A DNA stretch of 64,000 nt from Caldisericaceae bacterium. Lineage in GTDB: Bacteria; Caldisericota; Caldisericia; Caldisericales; Caldisericaceae. The notes under the pieces are model-generated. The model did no database searches. It was not told where the DNA came from and saw nothing but the letters and a program-made list of their open reading frames with translations. The position numbers were made by a program, and so were the translations under genes. This document shows, piece after piece, positions 11,664 through 20,964 of this stretch. The stretch spans positions 67,925 to 131,924 of the forward strand of contig JBMFRX010000002.1 of NCBI GenBank assembly GCA_049967855.1. Direction: 5' to 3'. Positions within the stretch are counted from its first letter, which is position 1, and every line of letters starts with the position of its first letter.

Positions 11664-12212
11664 ATGCTATTAGCGATTGTATTAGGAATTATCCTTATCC
11701 TTGCTTTCTGGTTCATTGCAATTTACAATGGGCTCGTCACGCTTAGAAATAGGGTTAAAAATGGGTGGGCACAAATCGATGTCCAGTTGAAGAGAAGATA
11801 TGACCTTATCCCTAATCTGGTTGAAACAGTTAAGGGATATGCTGCGCACGAGAAGGAAGTTTTTGAGAAGGTAACGGAGCTTAGGGCAAGCGCGATGGGT
11901 GCTCAGTCAGTTAAAGATATTGGAGAGACTAATAACCAACTGACACAAAGCTTGAAAACACTCTTTGCTGTTGCAGAAAATTATCCTGAACTCAAGGCAA
12001 ATGAGAATTTCCTGAAACTACAGGAAGAGCTCACAAATACAGAAAACAAAATCGCTTTTGCTCGCCAGTTCTATAACGACGTTGTAATGCAGTATAATAC
12101 AGCACAGCAGAGGATTCCCGATAATTTTGTCGCAGGTTTTATGCACTTAACACCTGAGGAGTACTACCCGATTGACGAAGCTGAAAAAGGACCAGTAAAA
12201 GTTCAGTTTTAG
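11664..12212 (+). CDS. lemA: LemA family protein
   Basis: [47 protein letters not shown]. Confidence 0.95.
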   Translation: MLLAIVLGIILILAFWFIAIYNGLVTLRNRVKNGWAQIDVQLKRRYDLIPNLVETVKGYAAHEKEVFEKVTELRASAMGAQSVKDIGETNNQLTQSLKTLFAVAENYPELKANENFLKLQEELTNTENKIAFARQFYNDVVMQYNTAQQRIPDNFVAGFMHLTPEEYYPIDEAEKGPVKVQF

Positions 12213-12217
12213 GAAAG

Positions 12218-13123
12218 GTGGTTGCTTTGAAGAAGACTCTTTATGAATTAAGGGAGCAGAACATTCGCAACACGATTCTGTTTATTTTTGTTTTCTCCCT
12301 TATGCTTTTTGCAATTGGATATTTTCTTGTTTATGAGTTCAACTGGGGTTCAACAGGTATTGTAATACTTGGTGTTATTATTATTGTTTACAACTTGATT
12401 GCATACGAGTACTCCGACAAAATTGCTCTTGCTTCAGCGGGGGCTGTTCCTGCGGATCCTGAACAGTATTACGAACTGCACAATGTTGTGGAGGAGGTGG
12501 CACTTGCCGCTGGAATTCCGAAGCCCAAGGTATACATTATGAATGAAGCTCAACCAAATGCTTTTGCAACTGGCAAGAACCCTAAAAATGCTTCAATTTG
12601 CGTTACAACAGGGCTGCTTCAGATGATGAACCGTGAGGAATTGCAGGGTGTTATAGCTCATGAGATGTCGCACATAAGGAACTACGATATTCTCTTGATG
12701 ACAGTAGTAGGAATAATTGCTGGTTTAATTATCATAATAAGAGATGTTGCGTTCCGTGGTATGTGGTTTGGAGTTGGCGAAAGGCGAGGTGGAAGAGATA
12801 GAGATGAGGGAGGAAACATTCTTATGATTATTGGTTTATTGCTTGCAGTTATATCTCCCATCCTTGTAGCTTTAATTCGTGCGGCTGTCTCACGTCAAAG
12901 AGAATTTCTTGCCGATGCTACTGGCGCTTATATAGTTCGCGACCCTAATGGTCTTGCTTCAGCACTTGGCAAAATAGGCTCTTATGAAAAACCAATGCGA
13001 AATGCGACAGAGGCTACTGCTCATATGTTCATAAGTAGTCCCTTTGGGCATATCAATGAAGCTTTTGCTTCTCATCCTCCGATTGAGGAAAGAATTAAGA
13101 GGTTGCTTTCTCTTACTGTGTAA
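12218..13123 (+). CDS. htpX: M48 zinc metalloprotease HtpX
   Basis: [16 protein letters not shown] (HExxH), [19 protein letters not shown]. Confidence 0.92.
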   Translation: MVALKKTLYELREQNIRNTILFIFVFSLMLFAIGYFLVYEFNWGSTGIVILGVIIIVYNLIAYEYSDKIALASAGAVPADPEQYYELHNVVEEVALAAGIPKPKVYIMNEAQPNAFATGKNPKNASICVTTGLLQMMNREELQGVIAHEMSHIRNYDILLMTVVGIIAGLIIIIRDVAFRGMWFGVGERRGGRDRDEGGNILMIIGLLLAVISPILVALIRAAVSRQREFLADATGAYIVRDPNGLASALGKIGSYEKPMRNATEATAHMFISSPFGHINEAFASHPPIEERIKRLLSLTV

Positions 13124-13150
13124 TTTGGAATCAATATGATAAATAAAATT

Positions 13151-13175
13151 AAAGGGCGCTAGAAAGCGCCCTTTT
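13151..13175 (+). terminator. Intrinsic terminator after htpX
   Basis: AAAGGGCGCT-AGAA-AGCGCCCTTTT. Confidence 0.85.
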
Positions 13176-13244
13176 GCTATAATTTGCTAATGTGATGGCA
13201 AGGTATTTTTCAAATTTGCATTTTTTTATTATAATTACGCCAAT

Positions 13245-14501
13245 ATGGACAGAGTGCTTAAGTGTGTAAGGTGTGGAAAAGAGTACGATTTATTTTCGTC
13301 TCGTTATAGGTGTGATTGCGGGGGACTGCTTGAGGTTGAGATAAAGGATCCCATAAGTCCATCACTAAAGGAAGTTTTCCAGAGTAGAAAGCTTTCAAAT
13401 AACCCAGCTGATTTTAGTAACGTTTGGAGATATAGAGAATTAGTTCTCGACATTCCATGTAATTCCATTGTAACTCTTCCAGAAGGAAGGACAAACCTTT
13501 ACAGAAAAGATGTTTTGGGAATGGAAGTGTTTTTCAAACACGAAGGCGAAAACCCAACAGGTTCGTTTAAGGATAGAGGAATGACTGTTGGTGTAAGTGT
13601 TGCAAAATACCTTGGTTACAAAGTTACTGCTTGTGCGTCAACAGGAAATACTTCTGCATCTCTTTCAAGCTACTCGGCTCATGCAGGCTTAAAAAGTATT
13701 GTATTCATACCAAAAGGGCACGTAGCCATAGGAAAACTTTCGCAGGCGCTGGCTTATGGAGCTTATGTTTTTGAGATTGCTGGTGATTTTGACGATTCGA
13801 TGAAAATTGTTGAAAAGATAAGCGAAGAGTATAAAGTGTACCTGCTGAATTCTCTTAATCCACTTCGTCTTGAAGGCCAAAAGACAATTATCATAAATAT
13901 ACTCGAGGAACTTGGTTGGCAGGTGCCAGACTGGATAATTCTTCCCGGAGGAAACCTTGGCAATACAAGCGCTTTTGGAAAGGCTCTTAAGGAATTATAC
14001 AAATTTGGTTTTGTTGACAAGATTCCCCACATTGGAGTAATTCAGGCAGAAGGAGCATCTCCTTTTTACAAAGCATATCTGCGTGATTTTGAAGAGTTCG
14101 AGCCTGTAAAGGCAGAAACCATTGCCACTGCAATTCGTATAGGAAATCCAGTAAACTATGAGAAGGCAAAGGAGACTATAAAGTTTACGAAGGGCGTTGT
14201 GGAAGCCGTTTTTGATAAAGAAATCCTTGAAGCAAAGCAAAATATAGATCGGCTGGGCATTGGATGTGAACCTGCGTCTGCTGCAAGTCTTGCAGGACTT
14301 AAGAAACTCGTTGATAGAGGAATTATAAAGAAAACCGATACTGTTGTTTTGTTGCTTACGGGAAGTATCTTAAAAGATCCTGAAACAACAATTAAATTAC
14401 ATTCTGGTCAGCTAGGCAGTTTCCCCGAAAATAGATTCTTCAAAATAGATAATTCAAATGCACTTGATAAAATTTTAGGCTCTCTGTTTTTGGATAGGTG
14501 A
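13245..14501 (+). CDS. thrC: Threonine synthase
   Basis: N-terminal CxxC..CxCGG; KHEGENPTGSFKDRG; CASTGNTSAS; PGGNLGN; CEPASAA. Confidence 0.95.
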   Translation: MDRVLKCVRCGKEYDLFSSRYRCDCGGLLEVEIKDPISPSLKEVFQSRKLSNNPADFSNVWRYRELVLDIPCNSIVTLPEGRTNLYRKDVLGMEVFFKHEGENPTGSFKDRGMTVGVSVAKYLGYKVTACASTGNTSASLSSYSAHAGLKSIVFIPKGHVAIGKLSQALAYGAYVFEIAGDFDDSMKIVEKISEEYKVYLLNSLNPLRLEGQKTIIINILEELGWQVPDWIILPGGNLGNTSAFGKALKELYKFGFVDKIPHIGVIQAEGASPFYKAYLRDFEEFEPVKAETIATAIRIGNPVNYEKAKETIKFTKGVVEAVFDKEILEAKQNIDRLGIGCEPASAASLAGLKKLVDRGIIKKTDTVVLLLTGSILKDPETTIKLHSGQLGSFPENRFFKIDNSNALDKILGSLFLDR

Positions 14502-14506
14502 GATTT

Positions 14507-16882
14507 ATGATCGTGCTAAAATTTGGTGGCACATCTGTAGGAAGTGCAAAGGCAATAAAACAGGTATATGAAATTGTTTCAGGTATCACTGAGTCAAGAG
14601 TTGTTGTTGTGTCAGCGATGAGCGGTGTTACAGACAGCCTTATTAAAGCATTGACTCTTGCTGCGTCTAATGACAAATCTTATGAAGAAGTATTCAACAC
14701 TATTAAGGATAAACACAACGATGTTTCTCTTGAACTTTTTGGGGAAGAGATCGATTCAATTAAAGAACTTCTTTCAGAGCTTGAGCAAATTTTGTTCTCT
14801 ATATACAAATTAGGCGAAGTTTCAGATAAAGCAAATGCACTTGTGCAGTCTTTTGGCGAAAGACTTAATGCAAGAATTGTGTCGAGATATTTTCAGGCGA
14901 AGGGTTTGAAATCGTCTCCAGTTGATGCAACAACTTTTTTGATAACAACTACTGACTATCTTGACGCAAATCCACTATACGATGAAAGCAAAAGAAGAGC
15001 CTCGAAGGTTTTAGGCAGATACATAAAAGAGAATTCTGTTCCTGTAGTAACAGGATACGTGTGTAATGATAAATCTGGCTCAATCACGACGCTTGGAAGG
15101 GGCGGTTCCGATTTTACCGCAACAATTTTGGGCAGACTCCTTGATGCAAGAGAAATCTGGATTTATACGGATGTTAATGGAATACTTACCGCAGATCCAA
15201 AGATTGTAAGAGAAGCAAAGACTATCGAGAAGTTAAGTTTCAGAGAGGTTAGAGAACTCTCTTATTTCGGAGCAAAGGTAATGCACTCAAAATCACTTAT
15301 CCCTGCAATGGAGGGAAATATTCCGATTCGGGTAAAGAATACATTTAATCCCGAAGGACCACATACTCTTATCTCAGCTGAATCAGCAAGTTTTAATGCA
15401 AAAGCAATAACCTCAATCAAGGATGTCGCTCTTGTTTCTATTCTTGGTTTGGGGATGCAGGGACTTAAAGGTATTTCTAAAAGAGTCTTTGAAACTGCTT
15501 CAAAGAGTAATTTTAATGTTGTTATGATCGCACAGTCTTCGTCAGAGCAAAACATAGATATCTTTGTCAGAGAAAGCGATAGCGAGAAATTTGTTACTGC
15601 GTTAAAATATGAATTTGAAAACGAGATGAAACTTAAACTAATTGATATGGTCAGTGTCAGAAAAAATCTTTCCGTCATTTCCATTGTTGGCGAAAACCTC
15701 AATAATATACAAAACGTAAAGAAGGAAATATTTAGAATCACTTATTCTTACAATATAAATGTAATTTCTGTTGTGCAGGGTTCATCTCTAGATAGCATAT
15801 CCTTTGCAGTAAAAAGAAGCGATTTGCAAAAGACAATCAGAGCACTGCATACAGAGTTAGGGCTCATTGGGCATAAGCTTAAAACAATTAACATCTTCCA
15901 ATTCGGAGTAGGTGGCGTAGGAAAGGCACTAATAGAACTTACATCAGAGAATAGTAAAATAACTGAAGAACTCGGAATCAAAATAGACTACCTAGGACTT
16001 GCAAGGTCTAGTTCATTTGCAACTAGTGAAGAGGTAAAGGAGCATATAGATAAGATGGATTTTGGCTTTAAACACTCAGGCAGTCCTTTGAACTACATAA
16101 AAACACTACCAAGAAATACTGTGATTTTGGATTTAACAAACTCCACTGAAATTGCAAATGATTTACTTGAACTTCTTTCTTTAGGATACTATGTGGTTAC
16201 CTCAAATAAAAAGAACCTTGCAGCTGACTTTGACGCATTCCAAAAGTTCACGAAGAATAACAGGCAATTCCTATTTGAAGCGACAGTCGGAGCATCTCTT
16301 CCTATAATAAAGACGATTAAGGATTACTTAAGAACGGGAGATGTTGTTGAAAAGATTATTATGCTTCCATCAGGAACGCTTTCATTTATATTTACACTTT
16401 TCAATACGGGCGTAGACTTGAAGACAGCAATTAATAAAGCGATTGAATTTGGATATACTGAGCCGAATCCAATTGAAGATCTTGTGGGCATGGATCTACT
16501 GAGAAAAGGAAAAATTATTGCATATCTCATTGGAAAGAACTTTGATTCTTCTCAAATCGAGTTTGAATGTTTCACAAAGGCAAAGAATATAGAAGAATTT
16601 TTTGAAAACGATTTTGAACGGTTTCTTAAAAAAGTAGAAAAGCTTTCACGAATTGGTCTGGTCTATCCTGTTGTTGAAATAAGCGATAAATTGAAAATTC
16701 ATTTGACTGCCTTTGGAAAAGATTCCTCTTTTGGAAGCTTGAGGGAAGGAGAAAATGTTTTCGAGATTTATTTGAGGAACTTCTCTGGGATGCCTGTAAC
16801 CATAAAAGGTTTGGGTGCAGGATACAGAGTAACCGCCGAGGCTGTCCTTCAGGATATTTTGAGTTTGGAGGCTTATATATGA
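14507..16882 (+). CDS. thrA: Bifunctional aspartokinase / homoserine dehydrogenase
   Basis: KFGGTSV, TTLGRGGSDFTA, TDVNGILTADP, two ACT domains, GVGGVG, EATVGASLP, GYTEPNPIEDLVGMDLLRK. Start placed at ATG 14507 after SD AGGTGA; GTG 14498 is the alternative. Confidence 0.93.
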   Translation: MIVLKFGGTSVGSAKAIKQVYEIVSGITESRVVVVSAMSGVTDSLIKALTLAASNDKSYEEVFNTIKDKHNDVSLELFGEEIDSIKELLSELEQILFSIYKLGEVSDKANALVQSFGERLNARIVSRYFQAKGLKSSPVDATTFLITTTDYLDANPLYDESKRRASKVLGRYIKENSVPVVTGYVCNDKSGSITTLGRGGSDFTATILGRLLDAREIWIYTDVNGILTADPKIVREAKTIEKLSFREVRELSYFGAKVMHSKSLIPAMEGNIPIRVKNTFNPEGPHTLISAESASFNAKAITSIKDVALVSILGLGMQGLKGISKRVFETASKSNFNVVMIAQSSSEQNIDIFVRESDSEKFVTALKYEFENEMKLKLIDMVSVRKNLSVISIVGENLNNIQNVKKEIFRITYSYNINVISVVQGSSLDSISFAVKRSDLQKTIRALHTELGLIGHKLKTINIFQFGVGGVGKALIELTSENSKITEELGIKIDYLGLARSSSFATSEEVKEHIDKMDFGFKHSGSPLNYIKTLPRNTVILDLTNSTEIANDLLELLSLGYYVVTSNKKNLAADFDAFQKFTKNNRQFLFEATVGASLPIIKTIKDYLRTGDVVEKIIMLPSGTLSFIFTLFNTGVDLKTAINKAIEFGYTEPNPIEDLVGMDLLRKGKIIAYLIGKNFDSSQIEFECFTKAKNIEEFFENDFERFLKKVEKLSRIGLVYPVVEISDKLKIHLTAFGKDSSFGSLREGENVFEIYLRNFSGMPVTIKGLGAGYRVTAEAVLQDILSLEAYI

Positions 16883-17904
16883 AAAAGAAAGTTGCAATTA
16901 TGGGAGCGACGGGGATGGTGGGGCAGAGATTTGTGAGTTTGCTTGACGAACACCCATATTTTGAGGTGACAAGTCTATATGCAAGTAAACATAGCGAAAA
17001 TAAGAAATACGGGGATACTGTAAATTGGATGCTTGAGAAGCCAATTCCGCAATATGCGCAATCGATGACCGTGAAATCATTTGAAGGAAATGAAGGGGTT
17101 GAAGAAAGTATCTTGTTCTCAGCACTTCCTGCTGACGTTGCAAACATCTTAGAAGTGGAGCTTGCAAAGGCTGGAAAATTCGTTTTCTCTAATACATCTT
17201 CCCATAGATATGACCGTTATGTCCCAATCCTGATACCAGAGGTAAACCCTGATCACTTTGAAGCAGTGAGATTTCAAGAAACAAGAGGATTTATTGTAAC
17301 TAATGCGAACTGTTCTACAACTGGACTCGTAATACCTTTAAAAGCACTTTTAGAAAGATTTGCCATTCGTTCTGTTTTTGTCGTGACTATGCAAGCAATC
17401 TCTGGAGGAGGATTAAATGGTGTTTCTGCTCTTCAGATTACTGGGAATATAATTCCTTTTATTGAAAAAGAGGAAGAGAAAATTGAGCTTGAAACTCGTA
17501 AAATTCTTGGTAGCTTCAATGGAGACTTCATCTTGAATGACATTTTTATCTTTGCAAGAGCAAATAGAGTACCTGTTCGTGAAGGTCATACAGAAGTGGC
17601 ATTTGTTGACTTAGATGCAAGTGTTGAAGAGGTGAAAGAGGCGTTTTCGGACTTTAGAGGGATTCCTCAGGAGCTATTATTGCCAACTGCACCAAAAGAA
17701 GTAATCAGAGTATTTGATAATGTTAATCATCCTCAGCCGATACTTGATGTAAATGCAAATTCTGGTATGAGCGTGAGTGTTGGACGAATAAGAAAAAGTG
17801 GAAACTTCATAACCTTTACTCTTCTCTCTCACAATACAGTGAGAGGAGCTGCAGGCGGTAGTGTTCTCAATGCAGAATTTGCCTACAGGAGAGGCTGGAT
17901 ATGA
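16879..17904 (+). CDS. asd: Aspartate-semialdehyde dehydrogenase (archaeal/fungal-type subfamily)
   Basis: GATGMVGQRFVSLLDEHPYF, IPEVNPDH, TNANCST, MQAISG, RVPVREGH, SHNTVRGAAG. Confidence 0.95.
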   Translation: MKKKVAIMGATGMVGQRFVSLLDEHPYFEVTSLYASKHSENKKYGDTVNWMLEKPIPQYAQSMTVKSFEGNEGVEESILFSALPADVANILEVELAKAGKFVFSNTSSHRYDRYVPILIPEVNPDHFEAVRFQETRGFIVTNANCSTTGLVIPLKALLERFAIRSVFVVTMQAISGGGLNGVSALQITGNIIPFIEKEEEKIELETRKILGSFNGDFILNDIFIFARANRVPVREGHTEVAFVDLDASVEEVKEAFSDFRGIPQELLLPTAPKEVIRVFDNVNHPQPILDVNANSGMSVSVGRIRKSGNFITFTLLSHNTVRGAAGGSVLNAEFAYRRGWI

Positions 17905-18911
17905 GTTTTAGAAGAGGCACCTTAAACGACATCTTTAAAGATTACATTGTGTTTCGGGAGCTTAGACCGATAAAAGAAGGGTTATCTAGTTTTGAAGAGT
18001 TAGGTAATAAATCCCATAAGGGATTCCCAAGGAAAAAGGATAAGGAATATGCTGCCATTCTTTGCCAGATTTTCAGAAGTGCAATGAGTTTTTCCAAAAT
18101 TGTTTACATTGGGGACACGTTTTTGTCTGATCTTGCTGTGATTGAAAATATCAAAGAACTCGGATACGATGTTTTTGGTGTTATTACTGATGAAACTGGC
18201 AAAAACTCCGAAAGCAAATATCCTTACATAGTGTTTAATAACTCCTGGGATCAATTGAGTAATTATGTTGTCGACAAGATAAACAATGAGACAGTGCTTG
18301 TTGTTGATATTGATAAAACTGCAATTGGAGCTCGTGGGAGAAATGACTCGTCAGTTGACAAAGCAAGGACCGATGCGATTTTAGATTTAGCAAAAAGAGT
18401 ATTCAAAAACCCAGAAAAGGACGAGTTTATGAGGCTTTACCATTATATACATGCAAAGGACTTCTTAAATTTCACACAGGATAATCAGGATATTGTTTCG
18501 ATACTCTCCCTTATTATATATTCTAACGCAATTTCTTTTGATGATTTTTCAAGTTTTGCGAAGACACGAAAGTTTGAAGAATTCATTCAAGATGTTAAAG
18601 TACAAGGCGAGCTCGTGCCTCTGGTAGACGAGGTGAGGACAAATATTAGGGAAGACAATGCAACACTTTTCCCTACCTTTAGAAGAATTGAGCTTGAAAA
18701 GACTTTAAATAGAATGGATTTTTTGCCAGATGATACGCCAATTGAAAAACTTCTTGAAGAAGAAATATTAATCACGGGAGAAGTTTATAGAATTGGGATA
18801 CGTGCAAACGAGAAAGGTGCACTTGTTTTTGGCGTTTCAGACAAACCAGAGAAAGCCTCATTTAATGATAGCAAAGCACTATTCAGAAAGACAGCCAAAA
18901 TATATCCATAG
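17901..18911 (+). CDS. Hypothetical protein with permuted HAD-superfamily motifs; last gene of the thr operon
   Basis: ATGA overlap with the asd stop; PRK (aa 43-45), IVYIGDTFLSD (aa 67-77), VLVVDIDKT (aa 132-140), LVFGVSDKP (aa 308-316). Confidence 0.65.
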   Translation: MSFRRGTLNDIFKDYIVFRELRPIKEGLSSFEELGNKSHKGFPRKKDKEYAAILCQIFRSAMSFSKIVYIGDTFLSDLAVIENIKELGYDVFGVITDETGKNSESKYPYIVFNNSWDQLSNYVVDKINNETVLVVDIDKTAIGARGRNDSSVDKARTDAILDLAKRVFKNPEKDEFMRLYHYIHAKDFLNFTQDNQDIVSILSLIIYSNAISFDDFSSFAKTRKFEEFIQDVKVQGELVPLVDEVRTNIREDNATLFPTFRRIELEKTLNRMDFLPDDTPIEKLLEEEILITGEVYRIGIRANEKGALVFGVSDKPEKASFNDSKALFRKTAKIYP

Positions 18912-18984
18912 TACCGATGCGCTTAATTTGTTTTTGCTTGTTCAAGGCAAATTTGCATAGATGAATGCTACCTCATCATAAATT

Positions 18985-19009
18985 AAAGGGCGCTTTCTAG
19001 CGCCCTTTT
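18985..19009. terminator. Bidirectional terminator between the thr operon and pckG
   Basis: AAAGGGCGCT-TTCT-AGCGCCCTTTT between convergent genes. Confidence 0.85.
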
Positions 19010-19065
19010 CTGTATGGCTTTTAATCATCAACTGCAAGGCTAGACTTGCAGATTTCTTAATCGTT

Positions 19066-20940
19066 TTATGCAAATCTGTCGGGAGGAATGTAGTCACCAA
19101 AATCTTTTTGTGCCTTTAGTAGGCGCTTTTCTTCTTCATCGTAGAGTTCAAAAACTCTCTCTGGGGTGTTCTTTATCTCTTTGTAAATCTTTCTGAGTCT
19201 AGCAATTTTGGAGATATTTTCAGGGACTCTGATAGTAAATTGTTCAACGTACTCTTCATATGTGTATTCTTTGTCTAATACCCTTTGGAACAATTCACGC
19301 AGGTCGTCATATTTGGGTAAAAAACCTACAGGTGTCTCAATTGCGCCTACATCATTGTGTACCCTCATTTCCATCCACTTTATCCAAACTTTCTTGTCAT
19401 TCTTTTCATTCAAGAATTTGCCATCATTCCCTTTAAGGAAGTAGTTTACACCGAAAATTGCTGGTGGGTTAGTGAGTTTGCTCCCAAAATCGAGGTTGAT
19501 TTTAACATATTTGCCAATCGGTATGGAAAGGAAGTCTAGATTAGACATCGGATTGAAAGCCCTTACTCCAACACTTCCAAGTGTAGCTGCGGTAGTCTCT
19601 GACTCAATTGAAGCCCCTTTCAAGACAATGCCATGCTCCCAATTAAAAGACTGACACACAGGAACCCAAGTGTCAGAATCCCTTCCTCCGTAGATTATTC
19701 CACCGACAAGAGCTCCATCTGGGTCATGCAGTTTTGGGTCTATATTATCGAGTGTTTCAAGATGAAGCGTAAATCTTGCATTTGGGTGCGAAGGTGGAAT
19801 TTCTTTACCTTTTGCATCAACCTTACCCTTAAACCAGTCCCCTGAATGGTTAATCCCTTTTTCCGGAACAGGCCCATCATGTCCTGTCCAATAGACAGAA
19901 CCATCTTCAAGCATTAGTACATTTGAAAAAATAATTTCTCCTTCGTTATGAAGTGCTTTCCATTGTATAGGGTCGTCTTTGGAGTTTACCCCTTCAATAA
20001 TGCCAAACATACCTTTTTCTACATTCACGGCAAATGCCTTACCTTGTTTTTCTCTTATGTAGGCTATGTCATCTCCAACGATTGATTCTCCTTCGAGCAT
20101 TGAAGTTGATGTCTTTCCACACATAGATGGGAAAGCGCCTGTAAAATATGTGACCCTTCCATTTGGCCCGTGTACCCCCATAAGAAGCATATGCTCGTTA
20201 AGCCACCCTTCATTTGATGCTCTGTTGATTGCAAGTCGCATTGCAAGTTTCTTAAGACCGATAGTATTGCCACCATATTGTGTATTGACTGAATATGTTG
20301 TTTCTCCTTTGAGGTCTATATAGATTCGCCGATTCTGGAGATTTTTGCAAACGTGTCTTTCGTCAAGTTCACCCTGTGAATGTATAAATCTAAAGAATCT
20401 TCCATTGTCCCCAAGTCTTTTGAATTCATTATAGCCCTGTCGGTAAAGGATGTTATCGGAGTGAGCTACGTATGCAGAGTCAGTAATCTGAACAGAGGGT
20501 ATAGAGAATATTGAGTTTTCAGGGCCAAGCGAAAAGAAACATACAAACATCTCTCGTCCAAGCATTATATTCCTCATAATTTCATGAACTTCTCGAAGAT
20601 TCTCTTCTTTTTCTCCTGTAACAATTTGGCTGCCAAGGTCAACTCCACTCTCAACTAAGATTTTAGTGTGTTCTTTGTCCCTGCCCTGGTCACCGTAGGC
20701 ATCGAAGTGTAGAGTATGGCCTTTAATCTTAAGATTAACCTCTTCCTCATTCCTTAGAGCCTTGTCTTTAATGTATTTAAGGTCTTTTTCAGAACCATCA
20801 GAAATAAAGATATTCTGAGGATTGCAAAGCTCAATATACTTTGCAATGAATTCTTCAAGTTGGTGGTTTCCCAGAGCAACAAGCTTGCGATAATTCTCCC
20901 CATCAAGCTTTTCTCTTAGAGTTTCATTTGCAGTTTTCAT
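19066..20940 (-). CDS. pckG: Phosphoenolpyruvate carboxykinase (GTP)
   Basis: QYGGNTIGLKK, GWLNEHM, AFPSMCGKTSTSM, VGDDIAY, HPNARF, GIIYGGRD, NPMSNLDF. Confidence 0.93.
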   Translation of the reverse strand: MKTANETLREKLDGENYRKLVALGNHQLEEFIAKYIELCNPQNIFISDGSEKDLKYIKDKALRNEEEVNLKIKGHTLHFDAYGDQGRDKEHTKILVESGVDLGSQIVTGEKEENLREVHEIMRNIMLGREMFVCFFSLGPENSIFSIPSVQITDSAYVAHSDNILYRQGYNEFKRLGDNGRFFRFIHSQGELDERHVCKNLQNRRIYIDLKGETTYSVNTQYGGNTIGLKKLAMRLAINRASNEGWLNEHMLLMGVHGPNGRVTYFTGAFPSMCGKTSTSMLEGESIVGDDIAYIREKQGKAFAVNVEKGMFGIIEGVNSKDDPIQWKALHNEGEIIFSNVLMLEDGSVYWTGHDGPVPEKGINHSGDWFKGKVDAKGKEIPPSHPNARFTLHLETLDNIDPKLHDPDGALVGGIIYGGRDSDTWVPVCQSFNWEHGIVLKGASIESETTAATLGSVGVRAFNPMSNLDFLSIPIGKYVKINLDFGSKLTNPPAIFGVNYFLKGNDGKFLNEKNDKKVWIKWMEMRVHNDVGAIETPVGFLPKYDDLRELFQRVLDKEYTYEEYVEQFTIRVPENISKIARLRKIYKEIKNTPERVFELYDEEEKRLLKAQKDFGDYIPPDRFA

Positions 20941-20964
20941 TTTCTATCTCCTTTCTTGTTATAT

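Noticed and set aside
13176..13244. T-box or attenuator leader for the thr operon
   Set aside because: Only about 70 nt between the terminator and the thrC ATG; no T-box motif or Thr-rich leader peptide.
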